NCBI GenBank assembly: GCA_030704615.1
Contig: CM060732.1
Location: 29,760,001-29,824,000 of the forward strand
DNA length: 64,000 bases
DNA from: Takakia lepidozioides
Taxonomy: Eukaryota > Plantae > Bryophyta
Direction of reading: 5' to 3'
Numbering within the stretch: position 1 is the stretch's first letter; each line of letters begins with the position of its first letter. This document shows, piece by piece, positions 10,303-22,277 of this stretch. The notes under the pieces are model-generated. The model made no database searches and was not told the DNA's origin. It saw only the letters and a program-made list of their open reading frames with translations. A program made the position numbers and the translations under genes.

Positions 10303-12169
10303 ATCTGGATCTATGATTGCAATCCTTATGAAGCCACATTTTTTCCCAAAAAAAGCAGTAGAGTTTCAAGTATGACATTGCACCTGTACACAACTCGCAT
10401 CATGGCCCACTCTCCTCCAACCTGACTGTCAAAGTCGTTGGACCGTAAAATGTTACCATCTTTGGAGAACTCCCGGAAAAAACAGTATCTCCAGGTGAGA
10501 CCTCTCCACTTCCTTATGTATGCCTCCAATGACATTTGGGGAGGGGAAACAATCGAAATGTTCAGGTCCTTCAAAGTCTGATCCAGCACAATGACGGCGC
10601 GCTTTTCGAGCTGCAAATAGTATATTTGTCAGATTTGCAAATAAGATACTCATCACATACTTGAAGAGAAGAAAACATGTTTGAATACACACCTGACTCC
10701 AAAATGTAGCCTTGTGGAGCCAGTTATCAAACACCAAATCACTGATTCCTTCCACCTTTGTGCCAGGCTGTATGGTGTCTTTGGGAACTGATTCAAGTCC
10801 TTTACTGTTTGATCTGAGTTCCATATCTCCAGCCACCTTATTTTTGTTTGTGGGTCGACCATCGATATGGCCAGCCGGTGCAATTTCTCCTGCTGCATCT
10901 CCGGATGCACATGCTTGTCATAGTGTGTTTTGATCTGCTGAAGGAACTCAGGACCAAGTCCAGGATCTACTATTCTAAGCTGCTTTCGAAGGCGGACATC
11001 AATTTGGTTCTTCGCATTTCAAACTCCTTCTTTATTGCAGCTTCCACACCCTTTGATGTCCTTAGTTCCTCTGGTGTAGTGCGGTAATATTCGGATTTTC
11101 CCTTCTCAGCTGCCTCTGCCAGTTCTTGCTGCATTGATTCAAGTAGTGATTAGCTCCGAAGGGACTACAAACATGTATTCGAAAAGTAAACAGAGTACAG
11201 ACTCGGGCTTACCGCATACATGTACTCCAGAAACGCCTCTCGTGTCAAAGAATACCAAGTGCCTGCAGCTCTTCCTGTTTCGCACTTCTTGATGATATTG
11301 GGTGGTAGTACTGTCCGAAAATCATCCAGCTTCATCAGACCAATCCTCTGAATTCGGAATAGTGTGTGAACCAAGCTTGTTGTCACATGCGATTTCTCTG
11401 TCGATCTGCAAAAACATTGGAAACATTGCATTCCTTAACACTGTTTTTGAGGATTAATAAGACACTACAGAGGGAATGAAATCTCCTGGATGACTTACTT
11501 GTTCACGTCGTGCATAGCTGTAAGAAGCCTAGCGATGTCGTTTCCAGGATCCAAAACCATTGCCTCCACAACAACATGCTTGTCTTTGTCTTTCGCATGG
11601 TGTTTCTGAATGTATCCCATCCATGCCAGCAATCGGTGGTTGCCGTCCCAGACGTAGAACATGTGGTTGCAGAATTGCTGGGTGTTCTTTCCCATCATGA
11701 GGCCCAGCTCGAACTCCTCATTGGCATCTTTCCAGCACTCATCCCAGTTATCACTGATCTCTGGAGACACTAATGTGCTTTTCCCATTTATATCCGTCAG
11801 TGACACATAAAAAACTTGTGCACCAAGTCTATATCCATGCACAAAATCACTCTCCAATTTTGTTATGTCATGGGAAAGAGGTGGACGCACAACAGGCATT
11901 GATATCATCCGGCACAGAGGGATGTCCAGACGCCCTCCAGATACGAGCATGTCCCTTATAACCTCCTGAGAGTTTACCTTCTGGAATGACATGAGTTCTT
12001 TCACCTTGTCAAGGTAGTGCACTTCAGATTCATCTGCTTCATCTGTATTCTCTGAGCTTTTTGCGGACTCGTCCCCATCTCCAGATCCTTTCCCCTCTGA
12101 TCCTGTAGGCTTCGACCTCACAGTTTTCTGCACGATGCCATTCAGTTCTGACTGAGTAATTTGCAAATA

Positions 12170-12795
12170 GTGAATGGCGGTAACGACCATCACTCTGTCT
12201 CAAAGAAACTCACTATGAATGGTGTGAAACAATTCAGCACAATCTACACAAGCAAAGCTGATACTGCCGTATTCAAAACAAAAGCGAGAGCGATAGCGAA
12301 CGGCGTTAACGACAATCACAAAAGATAACGACCTGCCGGATCGGTGTTGTGTAATGACATCTATGTGCAAGTGATTGGCGGCAACGACATTCAGTATAGT
12401 TTAGGGCGGACAGTAAGTGCAGATTATTCAGATTGACTCCACTGTGATTACCGTCGCCAGCATGGGAAGAGGAAGGACTGCTTGAAAGGCAATCAGACAG
12501 ACTGTATGGTCTGAACAACGATGATTGACGGTATGCCGACCCTCACTCTCTCTTCAAACACATAGGTACATAAATCTCATGAGGAGAATCGAATGGCGTT
12601 AACGACGCTCGCAATTCAGTAGTTCCTGCTAAAGAAGGGAAGAGGAAGGACTCCTTGAAAGGCAATCAGACAGACTGTATGATCTGAACAACAGTGAATG
12701 ACTGTACCGATAGTCACCCACTCATTGTGCGGTAAACCCTTAGCAGAGGAGTAGAAAGCAAATCACCTTTGTGATGGTCGGTAGCGACAATCCCT
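12170..12795. repeat. Degenerate copies of the array-C palindrome plus a duplicated segment of about 55 bp
   Basis: gtgaatggcggtaacgaccatcac (12170), gaacggcgttaacgacaatcac (12298), gtgattggcggcaacgacattca (12371), gaatggcgttaacgacgctc (12591) and gtgatggtcggtagcgacaatc (12771); 12465-12520 is duplicated at 12638-12692. Confidence 0.7.
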
Positions 12796-14017
12796 GTCTG
12801 GGACATTCCACTCAATCTCTACGCATATCTTCAACAATGAAATGTAAGTTAGAGAAAACTTACTGGCGCCTTCTTAGGTTTTGAAATTGGATCCCCTTCT
12901 GCAGCTTTTCCTCTTCCCTCTCACATCTGCTGGAATTTCTGTCTGCTCTAGGGTTTCTGGACCTTCTCCCGGTTTGGCGTTCCGCGTGCTTCCACCTCCT
13001 TCAGTGTCCCTGCGAATCATCTCTGCCTCCACAGGCTGGCGCACTCTTATCGCCGACTGTGTCACAGCCGCTGCCTCAGTCTCCGTCTGCTCTTCTGAAT
13101 CAGTCTCCGCGTTCACCTGCTGCCTTGGCCCTGTGTTCTCCAACAAACGACGCCTCGTCATTTGCTCTCTTGCTCTGCGTCTCTCTCTAAGGGAAGTAAA
13201 ATAAAGAGACTTTCTTCTCTTTCGTATTGTAGAAGGAACCCTCTCCAGCTTGACTACCACTCTCTCTCTAAGCGCGAAAAGTAGAAAAACGCAGTGACTC
13301 CCGATTTCTTGCGGGATTGCCTGCGTTCTTGCGTGTCTCTAGAAGCATCGGATTCCCTCTCGCGTGACCGTTACACATAGTCGTTCCCTTATTAGTGCAC
13401 ATGCCAGCAATTGGTGTACAGCTGTTCGTATTCAGTTATGGATGTCTGACGTGTGTCGCCCAAAAAAAACGGCGTGTTCTTTATTAGAACGGTTTCAATA
13501 TTTAAAAATAACAGCGAATCCCAGAAATCTTGGCGCACAGTCTTACACAAATAAATGTAAATGAACGAGAGTTTGATGACAAATCTTGGAATATCATACA
13601 CGGTCATCCTTGTTAGCCAAACCCCACATTCGTTTCACATTTGGAACTTTCCAGGTGCGCATGATCATTGGTAGTAGTATAAAGATACATTTACTTAATC
13701 TGCAATCCCATCCTCAGATCCTGTGGCATGCTTCCAGGAAGTCGGCTTTGTTATTGGGTTTATTGATGAGGTTCTGGTTAACGGTTTAACAGCTGCCGAC
13801 ACTGCTCCTAGGGATACTCTGACCACTGGGCCCACAAGAAAAGTAATTAAAATGGACGGCTGCATATCTGGAAAGAATAACATAATATGCACAGTCGTTG
13901 TCTGAGCTTCCTCCGCCATATTCTCTGCTCATTCTTCAACTGTGTTCTGGAGACATCAGTAAACCGATTTACACTAGATCTGCGATAGCAAGGTACAAAC
14001 GTACGCGAGGAAGGAAG

Positions 14018-17000
14018 ATGGCTTCCTCTGAAGCGGAGTTCTTCTCTGACGACAAACCAGTGCCGTTCTCCCAGGAAGTCCTTGACAATGGATTTGCAAT
14101 TGTTCTGGAACATGTCTTGGCTACCCGTTTTCAGCTGCAGAATGGCTCCATCTTTTTGGAGAAAGAGGTGTACGATCTTAAAGGGAAGTTGTTGAAATAC
14201 TCTTTCCAAAACCGTGATGAGACGGCTCATATCAGCCAGTGGAGAGTGCGTCCTGGTCGATACAGAGTACTTGGAGAGCCTCGGCGAAAGTCCCTTGGGT
14301 CATATGTGACGCCCGGGACTGCTGCTTCGGTCGTTGAAGACAAGAGGGAGGTGGTGGTGAAAAAAGAACAGACGTCCTCCACTCCAATCGTTGAGCTTTC
14401 GGATTCTTCCGATGATGACATAAGTGAAATTCCAAATCCAGTCCTTCCTACTGTGGTTGGAGAAGCTGATGAAGAAGAGATTTGTAGTGTCATTCCAAAA
14501 TTGCGGGCGATGGGAGGAATGGCTGGATTCAAAAGTGAGTTGCGGGGAATTGATTGGGAATCTTTGAAGCAGGTGCCTGTGAAGTTCTTGCCGGAGACTT
14601 TTGATGGCGATATCCTATTCGAGCTGCCTCCTCCTCCGCGAGTTGGAGGTGTAACAATCATGATGCATGGAATGGACAAGAAACACGACGGGCACCCGTG
14701 GTGCAGAACAAAAACATCCAATATTCAGAATGATGACAAGCTTGTTTTCAGGAGGACAGTTTGCAATGGACACCTTAGGTGTGATAATTTGAATTGCAGA
14801 CACTTTCTTCAGTCTGGGGTTCATAATCAAAGCGAATGGGAGGGTCTGGCGGAAAATCCATTTCAGCCTGGGACTGCCCCTCCACCGGCAAACACTTTCG
14901 TCTGCAAATTCTGCAAACTTGTGCCATCCTGCTTGGCGCTCTGCGGAGCAAGAATGTACTATGTTGTCCACCGTTTGAAAACAATGACAAGAGCTTGTGT
15001 GCATTTTGGATTCCATAACCATCCTGTCTCGAAGGGGGATTACAGGGAGAGTGTTGAGACAGTATCGAGGTTGATTAAACAGGAGTTCGGGAGAAACCCA
15101 TCCGCAACAACATCTGCAATTGCTCTTGGCGCAAGCAAGTCCTTCTTGGAAAGCCATATTTTGAGTGAAGGGGATTCTGTGGGGACTAAACTTGACCTGG
15201 TCATGGATCATTTCTCCACTTTAAGTTCACCTAACATTCGGCATCAGATCAATGCATTGAGAATGGGCTCTGGGATCAGAGGCTACATAGACAATATTTT
15301 GGAATTGAAACGAGTGAGCAAGTACGATTACATCCAGGACAATGTATTCCCAGGTCAAGGTGCCATCAAAGTTTTTCTTTTCAAAATGTCGACTGTTGGG
15401 GAGGGCAGTGGGGTTAGCCTCGTGAAGCGGATGCAGAAGACTGGGGACTTGCAGAACTGTTTTCTTATGTTTGATCATGTGAAACGAGTGAAGGATTGGA
15501 CGACAATGGCTTGTCATGTCTACGATCCAGTGTACCAACGAGTTATGACAATTGCAGTTTGTGACATGCAATCCGAGGATACGGAATCCCAGAAGCTCAT
15601 GTGGAATTCCCTGATACGTGTCATGGGCTGCCATGGGCTGCCATCTCCAAATTTCGCAGGTTTCATGGCGGATAGTGCTCAAGCAAATTTCAATGCTGTT
15701 CGTATTGTCTTCGGATCGGGCGACCCAAAAGTGCCTATGCCAGGAAGAGAGCGTACATGTCTATTCCATTGGACACAATCTCTGGAAAAACATACAAAGT
15801 CGGACATCAAACCAGAGATGCAGACTCAGCACCGTAAATTGTGCAAAGAGTACAAAGATGCTAGAACAATGAAGGAGGCGGACACTTTGTTCCAGACAAT
15901 TCGTGCCTGGTGGTTCTCTTCTGGAGCTGCATCACTTGAGAGTATGAGAGCATTGGAAGATTGGCTGGCGTTTTGGCACTTCCGGTATAGACAGTGGGGA
16001 GCAGCCATGACAATGGTACGAGGCTTCTATTTCATGCTTTATTCATACATTTGCTTTCCATATTTTTGACTCATTGCTTTCTTTATGTTGTTTCCTGTGC
16101 ACTGTTCTGAAGTGTGGTTATCCTCTTTGCAGAACATGTCCATTGAGGAAATGGCGGACATGCCATCTTGCAATTTGGCAGAAACTGTGCACAACGCATG
16201 GTTGCAGCAGTCTGGGAAACGAGGTCGGGATTTGTATGTGGCAACAACAGATGATTTGATACGTGCCTTGCAACAACAAACCCGATACCGTGATTTCTTA
16301 CGAGGTGGGGTTGGTGGCAAGGGTCCGGACAAATGGGAGTTGATGTTGCGTGCTGCAAACAGATCTGGGGATCCAATCAAGATAGCACGGGCGGTGAGCA
16401 TGTATGCCCAGGGAACGCCACTTGTTTCTAGAGTTCCACATCTTGAAGGGGAGGAGAGATTCGGCTCCTGTAAGAGGAAATTGAACACTCCACCTGGTTC
16501 GGATTCAGATTCCCACAGGGCAGACCGTGATAACTTCTCGAAGCCTCGTGTTCCCCTGCATGACAGCTCCATGTCCGGAACCTCCATTGTGGAGGAACCT
16601 CCAACACGACGGCAAGCTCCAGCATCAAACAGTGCCACTGAAATGGTGCAGGAGAGAAACAACCCCCTTGATGTGCTTGAGTCCGCATGCCCCGACCACG
16701 TTTGGCACATAGAACGCACAAGTGTAGGGTCTCGTGTGAAATGTACAGCGATCAGGGCAACTAATTTCGAGAAGTGCACTTCATCTATATCCAGAGGTGG
16801 TGCCCGAACTCCTGCTCCGACTTTCACGGGCTTGATGCGTCCATACGGTCAACCAGAAGCCAAGAACCACAAGTTCTGGTTCTGCGCAGATGATTGTGCC
16901 AGATGTGTGCATGGAACTGTGCGTCCTTCCGTAGTGATGAAGCCATCTCCTCCAACCGTTTGGCCCGTGAAGGTGGGAACACATCTCAGCTTTCAGGAGA

Positions 17001-17518
17001 TTGAAATGCTGGAGGAGGCAGGTTTTTCCCTTGCGAGACAACCCCAACTCCATGCATGTGCTACTACTTCTGCGTCCTCCCGGGTCCCCCCGGCAAATCC
17101 TGACTTGTGGCCAACCAAACGAGATGGAAAGCTCGTTCGGCGTTTCCCTCCAACCGCTGAACACTTTGGCAAAGTGGAGTCCGCAAGAATGCTCCAAGCT
17201 CGTGTTGGAAGCACCACGGAAGTACCCGATCCAGGATATGGTCGGGTATTCACAATCATCACTTCCACATCTGCTGTTCATGACAGGACCTACGACATCA
17301 CGGTTTCCAATTTCCCCAATTGCACATGTCCTGATTTTGTGAATATGCTATCAACCAGTTTGGGCAAGAGAGGTAAATTCATACCCTGCAAACATTTGTA
17401 TTTCATATTTTTGAGGAGGATGGTTTGCGATCCCAAACGTGACAACTTCATTCACCAGGCCACTATGAGTTTCAACGAGGTCGATACTCTTTTGCAGCGG
17501 GATACAACACATGGGTAG
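14018..17518 (+). CDS. Mutator-like (MULE) transposase, GCM/WRKY-type Zn finger + DDE + SWIM; 2 exons (14018-16015, 16133-17518), about 1127 aa, apparently intact
   Basis: Zinc finger DGHPW...C-x5-C-x4-C...CKFC...HFGFHNHP; catalytic FLMFDH, FMADSAQANFNAV...CLFHW and CNLAETVH; SWIM CTCPDF...CKH. A phase-0 GT-AG intron at 16016-16132 joins the two ORFs in frame. Confidence 0.88.
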
Positions 17519-17969
17519 CATGAACTATGTAATGTGGTATGTGGATGACCATGATTTGAAATGTGTAATTCACATCAATTCGTCGGCTGTGCAATGATAT
17601 GGCCTCCAACTATACGGAGTGAGCTCTGAGTGACAACTTTTAGGTAGTGCACATTTGTCATTGCACCGTTCGAAGTCTACATGTCTTGCTGTCGCTATGC
17701 ACTACAATCATCTTTTGAAGATGATCCTAACTCTCATTGTTATTTGAGGAGGGAGGAAGGTCTTCCCGTGGCAGCCTTTATGGCGCACACTTTGTGAGGA
17801 TATTTTGTCGTCCTCGTAATTGTAAAAGTGAAACAAGCATTTGTAATTGCACAATGTTGGATGCTGCAATTGTAGGCCTCAACGCTCGTCTTGATTCTAT
17901 TTAGGCAAGATTCCCTGCATTAATTCCACGGTCATAGGACCATCCACGGTTATAGGCGGCGCATGTTAA

Positions 17970-18155
17970 TGCTGACGTGGCAGATGACGGACAGTGCCAC
18001 GTCATCATTTACCGCCACATCAGCATGCTGACATGACGCTCACGCCACGTCAGCGTGTGTGCAGGCTCACGCCACGTCAGCTGGCGTGAGCGTACGCTCA
18101 CGCCACGTCACTCCTGCGTGAGCGTACGCTCGCGCGCCTCACGCCATTGCGTCGT
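17970..18155. repeat. CpG-rich GCTCACGCCACGTCA / GTGAGCGTACGCTCAC cluster, candidate MULE subterminal region
   Basis: Repeated GCTCACGCC and short palindromes about 500 bp after the transposase stop. A similar cluster follows the deleted transposase at about 3628-3729. Confidence 0.5.
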
Positions 18156-19534
18156 TCAAACTGGAAGCTGCACTCTGGGGAATCTTTGCGGGCAATCCTG
18201 ACAATTTCAGCCTCCGCTCCGTGCCCTGCATATTCTGAAGAACTTCCCTCACCGGTGGTCGGTCTTGCTGCGAACGTTGAGCGGCAGCAACCCCCTCCCG
18301 GTACCAGATCGACGAAATCGGTCGATCCCATTGCCTTTGCTGCAGCCGGACTCCCCCAACCTCACCAGGCTGAAATCAATCAGGAACTGGGCTTCCGCTC
18401 GTGGAATCGGTTTTGCGAGACTGCTCTCCGCCCTCTCCCTGATTCCTTCTGCTTCCTCATTTCTGCCATGTGAAGATGTCTGCTGCAATGAATCTGCTTC
18501 ATCGCCTGGGTGGGGGGAAACGGCCTGTCCGGTTCAAACAAGTTGAAGACGGGCTGGCTTTTTCTTCGTGCGTTGCTGGAGAATGGCTAGACCCCTGCTG
18601 GCGATTCTCCATGACCTTCAAACAAATCCTCTCTGGGGCTTTGAACTGCAAACATGCTTGCCTTCGAAGCCGCGTCCTTGAAACGCACAGGGCTAGCCCG
18701 GCAGGGAAGACCCCATGCTCGTGGATCGGCTGGGTGTGCGTGCTGCAGCTAGTCCACGGACTCTGCCTGCGGCTCTTCGGATTCTTGCGATCCTCCAGCA
18801 TGTCCACCTTTCCGGTTTAAGCATGCAACAATCTTCTGCATTCAAGTCTCCCAGCATACAGTCTAAGAATTGTAGAAGAAAAATGAGGGGTGTTTTGGTG
18901 CTCGATCAGCTGGCGAATCCCGATAGCACGGAGCTCTAACTAGTGGCTGGGTTGCCTGCGGGCCTGATGCTGCGAGATGGCAATCTCCTCCTGTAGACGC
19001 ATCCGTTTCTCCCCTTTGGCATGGGCCTACGTTCGAAGTACAATTTTCGGAGCTTGCGACGATGTCTCTCTCTTCTCTGGTGCACGCACTCCCTCCCTCT
19101 CAGGTTCGAGCATAAGAAGAACCGAGACAGGGAAAAGGGGCGAAGAGTGCAGATGGAAAGGGCGCGAGAGGGGTGGCTGAGTGGACACGACAAAAGAAGA
19201 TGAAACGGCGGTGATGCACCACTTGGGTTCGAAAGGGTTGGACGAAAGTGTCTCCTCGTGGACTTTGCGTCATTACGAGATTCGAATCGTTCAGGGTACC
19301 CTGCCGTCCTAAAAACAAACATCATTATCCAACGGTCAGGCCCGCCGCCTCATGCCACTTCAGTCAGATAGAGTGCAGACATGTGCCGCAATTCCGTTGC
19401 TCCACGTCTTTACATTTCATGGCATTTCCGTCCCAGCGGTCTGATGAGTTGGAGTGAAATGCAAATGTGGCGCCGCATTTCCGTTAAGTACCATCACGAA
19501 GCTACACATACCGTACTTGTTGGAAGAAAATGCG

Positions 19535-20539
19535 TGTCAAGCGGCTTTTACTCACCCATCCCTACGCTATCCGAGGTGGAAACTCCAAGATAGACGAGTT
19601 GGATATTTCTAAGCACTCAGCCCGCTCAGTACAATCAGTCATGACCTACAGCTAGTGAATCATGGTTGTGCTTCCATTTGTATTCCTTCTTGCCTTCATG
19701 TTATCAATTACCTTATCTGATACTGAAGCATCAGATTGCTTCAGTACTACTTAATTCCAATTAATCATGCATTCATTTAGACAAGCTTCACTCATTGTCA
19801 CTCTACACACAGTTGCTGTAATCGAATAATATCAGATTATGATTTTATCAGGGTTCAAGCCACATGCCATGGTGACTCAATCCCCCTACAGTTTCACACA
19901 AACAGCTTTGCTGACAAGCATCTACTGTTTCCTCTCTCCGTCCTTCTCTATCACTCGTTCTTGCTCTCCGTCTGATCTCCTCTCCTACATGACCAAGAAG
20001 CGCTCCCCGTGAAGTGTCCTCTTTCCGTTGCCGCTCCCCTTATCTGCCCGCAAGCTGTTCTAACCACCTAACTAATTAACCATCATCCCTGAAGTAACAC
20101 GTTCATTCTGCAGATGTCGTTCCCTCACAGTCGTTCCCTGCCAATGATAACTGTTCCCATGTACGTGACAGGCTGTGTCAAGGGTGCCGAGCTGTGACTA
20201 GCTGTGTAAGGTGTGGCGGCTGTGCGAAGCTGTGGCGGGCTATAGACTGGCTGTGTTGGGCTGTGGCGGCTGTGCGAAGCTGTGACGGGCTATGTTGGCT
20301 GTGAGGGTTGTGGCGGGCTGGTGGGCTGTGACGGGCTGGGTTGGGCTGTGTCGGCTGTGACGGGCTGTGTCAAGCTATGTTGGCTCTGACGGGTTGTGTC
20401 GGGCTGTGTTGGGCTGTGTAACCCCCCTAAAGCCTGCTGCTGCCACCCCTAAAGCTCCTGTTGGTCTCAGTCTGCGCAAAAATTAAGGGTATCCCACATA
20501 ACCCGTAAAAGCGTCTAAGTCCCAAGCAGCCCTCTAACA
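19535..20539 (-). mobile_element. Solo LTR of the gypsy family with 5-bp TSD ATGCG
   Basis: tgtcaagcgg...cctctaaca is flanked on both sides by ATGCG (19530-19534 and 20540-20544); no PBS or internal sequence. Confidence 0.93.
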
Positions 20540-22220
20540 ATGCGGCACCGCATTTCCGTTCCACCTTCACAAACCTTAGTTGATGAACGGAAATGCGGCA
20601 CCGCATTTCCGTCCCACAGCTCCATGCCTGAGATACAAAAGGGAAATGCGGCGCCGCATTTCCGTTCTCGAATGTCGAAAGGTGCGATTCGGACGGAAAT
20701 GCGGCACCGCATTTCCGTTCTGGAATGTCGAAAGGTGCGATTCGGATGGAAATGCGGCACAACATTTCAATTCCCGTGGTTCATGATTTTAAATCTGAAC
20801 GGAAATGCGGTACCGCATTTCCGTTCCACCTTCACAAACCTTAGTTGTTGAACGGAAATGCGGTGCCGAATTTCCATCCCACAGCTCCATGCCTGAGATA
20901 CAAAAGAGAAATGCGGCGCCCCATTTCCGTTCTGGAATGTGGAAAGGTGCGATTCGGACGGAAATGCGGCACAACATTTCAGTTCCCATGGTTCGTGATT
21001 CTCAAACTGAACGGAAATGCGGTACCGCATTTCCGTTCCACCTTCACATACCTTAGTTGATGAACGGAAATGCCGTGCCACATTTCCGTTCGGGAAAGTA
21101 TAAAGGTCTCACCTGAACGGAAATGCTGCACCGCATTTCCGTCCCACAGCTCCAGGCCTCATATACAAAACGGAAATGCGGCGCCGCATTTCCGTTCTGC
21201 AATGTCGGAAGGTGCGACTCGGACGGAAATGCGGTGCCGCATTTCAGTTCCGATGGGTCTCAAACGGACGGAAAAAACGCATTCCGTTCTGGAGAGTATG
21301 AAGGTCTCAAACAGACGGAAATGCGGTGCAAAATTTTCGTCCCTCCGCTCCATGCCTGAGATAGAAAACGGAAATGCGGCGCCGCATTTCCGTTCTGGTA
21401 TGTCAGAAGGTGCGACTCGGACGGAAATGCGGTGCCGCATTTCAGTTCCCGTTGTTCATAATTCTCAATCAGAACGGAAATGTGGTACCGCATTTCCGTT
21501 CTGGAGAGTATGAAGGTCTCAAACGGACGGAAATGCGGTGCAAAATTTTCGTCCCTCCGCTCCATGCCTGAGATAGAAAACGGAAATGCGGCGCCGCATT
21601 TCCGTTCTGGTATGTCAAAAGGTGCGACTCGGACGGAAATGCGGTGCCGCATTTCAGTTCCCGTTGTTCATAATTCTCAATCAGAACGGAAATGCGGTAC
21701 CGCATTTCCGTTCTGGAGAGTATGAAGGTCTCAAACGGACGGAAATGCGGTTCAAAATTTTCATCCCTCCGCTCCATGCCTGAGATAGAAAACGGAAATG
21801 CGGCGCCGCATTTCCGTTCTGGTATGTCAGAAGGTGCGACTCGGACGGAAATGCGGTGCCGCATTTCCGTTCTGGAGAGTATGAAGGTCTCAAACGGACG
21901 GAAATGCGGAGCAGCATTTCTATCCCTCAGCTCCATGCGTCAGATACAAAACGGAAATGCGGCGCCGTATTTCCGTTCTGGTATGTCGGAAGGTGCGACT
22001 CGGACGGAAATGCGGTGCCGCATTGCAGTTCCCGTGGTTCATGATTCTCAATCAGAACGGAAATGCGGTACCGCATTTCCGTTCCACCTTCACATACCGT
22101 GCTTGTTGGATGGAAATGCGGCACCGCATTTCCGTTCTAAGCGGTGCCGCATTTCCGTCCAACAACAATCGAAAGTATTACTCTGGACGGAAATGCGGAT
22201 CCTCATTTCCGCATGCGGAA
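20540..22220. repeat. Tandem array B: about 30 units of 53 bp with palindrome ACGGAAATGCGG-NN-CCGCATTTCCGT; recurring 27-nt spacer types; 212-bp higher-order repeat
   Basis: Motif starts at 20587, 20640, 20693, 20746, 20799, 20852 ... 21421, 21474, 21527, 21580, 21633, 21686 ... 22110. Degenerate units also lie left of the solo LTR (about 19380-19534). Confidence 0.95.
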
Positions 22221-22277
22221 CCTCAATGGGTTGCATTGTTCCGAAACAACACAATTGCGGCCTGTCTTAATGAGCAC

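Larger units (their letters stand above)
8988..13161 (-). pseudogene. Multi-exon transposon-associated gene with ParB/Srx-fold (DGNHR) domain; disrupted by LTR insertion, a stop codon and frameshifts
   Basis: Exon about 11499-12150 encodes VVRPPLSHDITKLESDFVHGY...FYVWDGNHRLLAW...AMHDVNK. GT-AG junctions join it in frame to exons at about 11212-11405 and 10693-11128. Further probable exons lie at about 10390-10612 and 8988-9448, and a probable first exon at about 12864-13161. Confidence 0.7.

Noticed and set aside
11495-12193. Bacterial parAB locus or contamination
   Set aside because: The gene has GT-AG introns, has no ParA partner and is interrupted by a plant LTR retrotransposon.
14018-17518. 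Domesticated FAR1/MUSTANG/GCM transcription factor
   Set aside because: Three diverged copies lie within 64 kb, including deleted and frameshifted ones, nested among TEs, and the catalytic residues are retained.
18098-19460. Protein-coding gene between the transposase and array B
   Set aside because: Only short overlapping ORFs without recognisable motifs; no call can be supported.
20540-22220. CRISPR array (also considered for arrays A, C and D)
   Set aside because: Spacers recur in blocks rather than being unique, there are no cas genes, and the context is eukaryotic and intron-containing.
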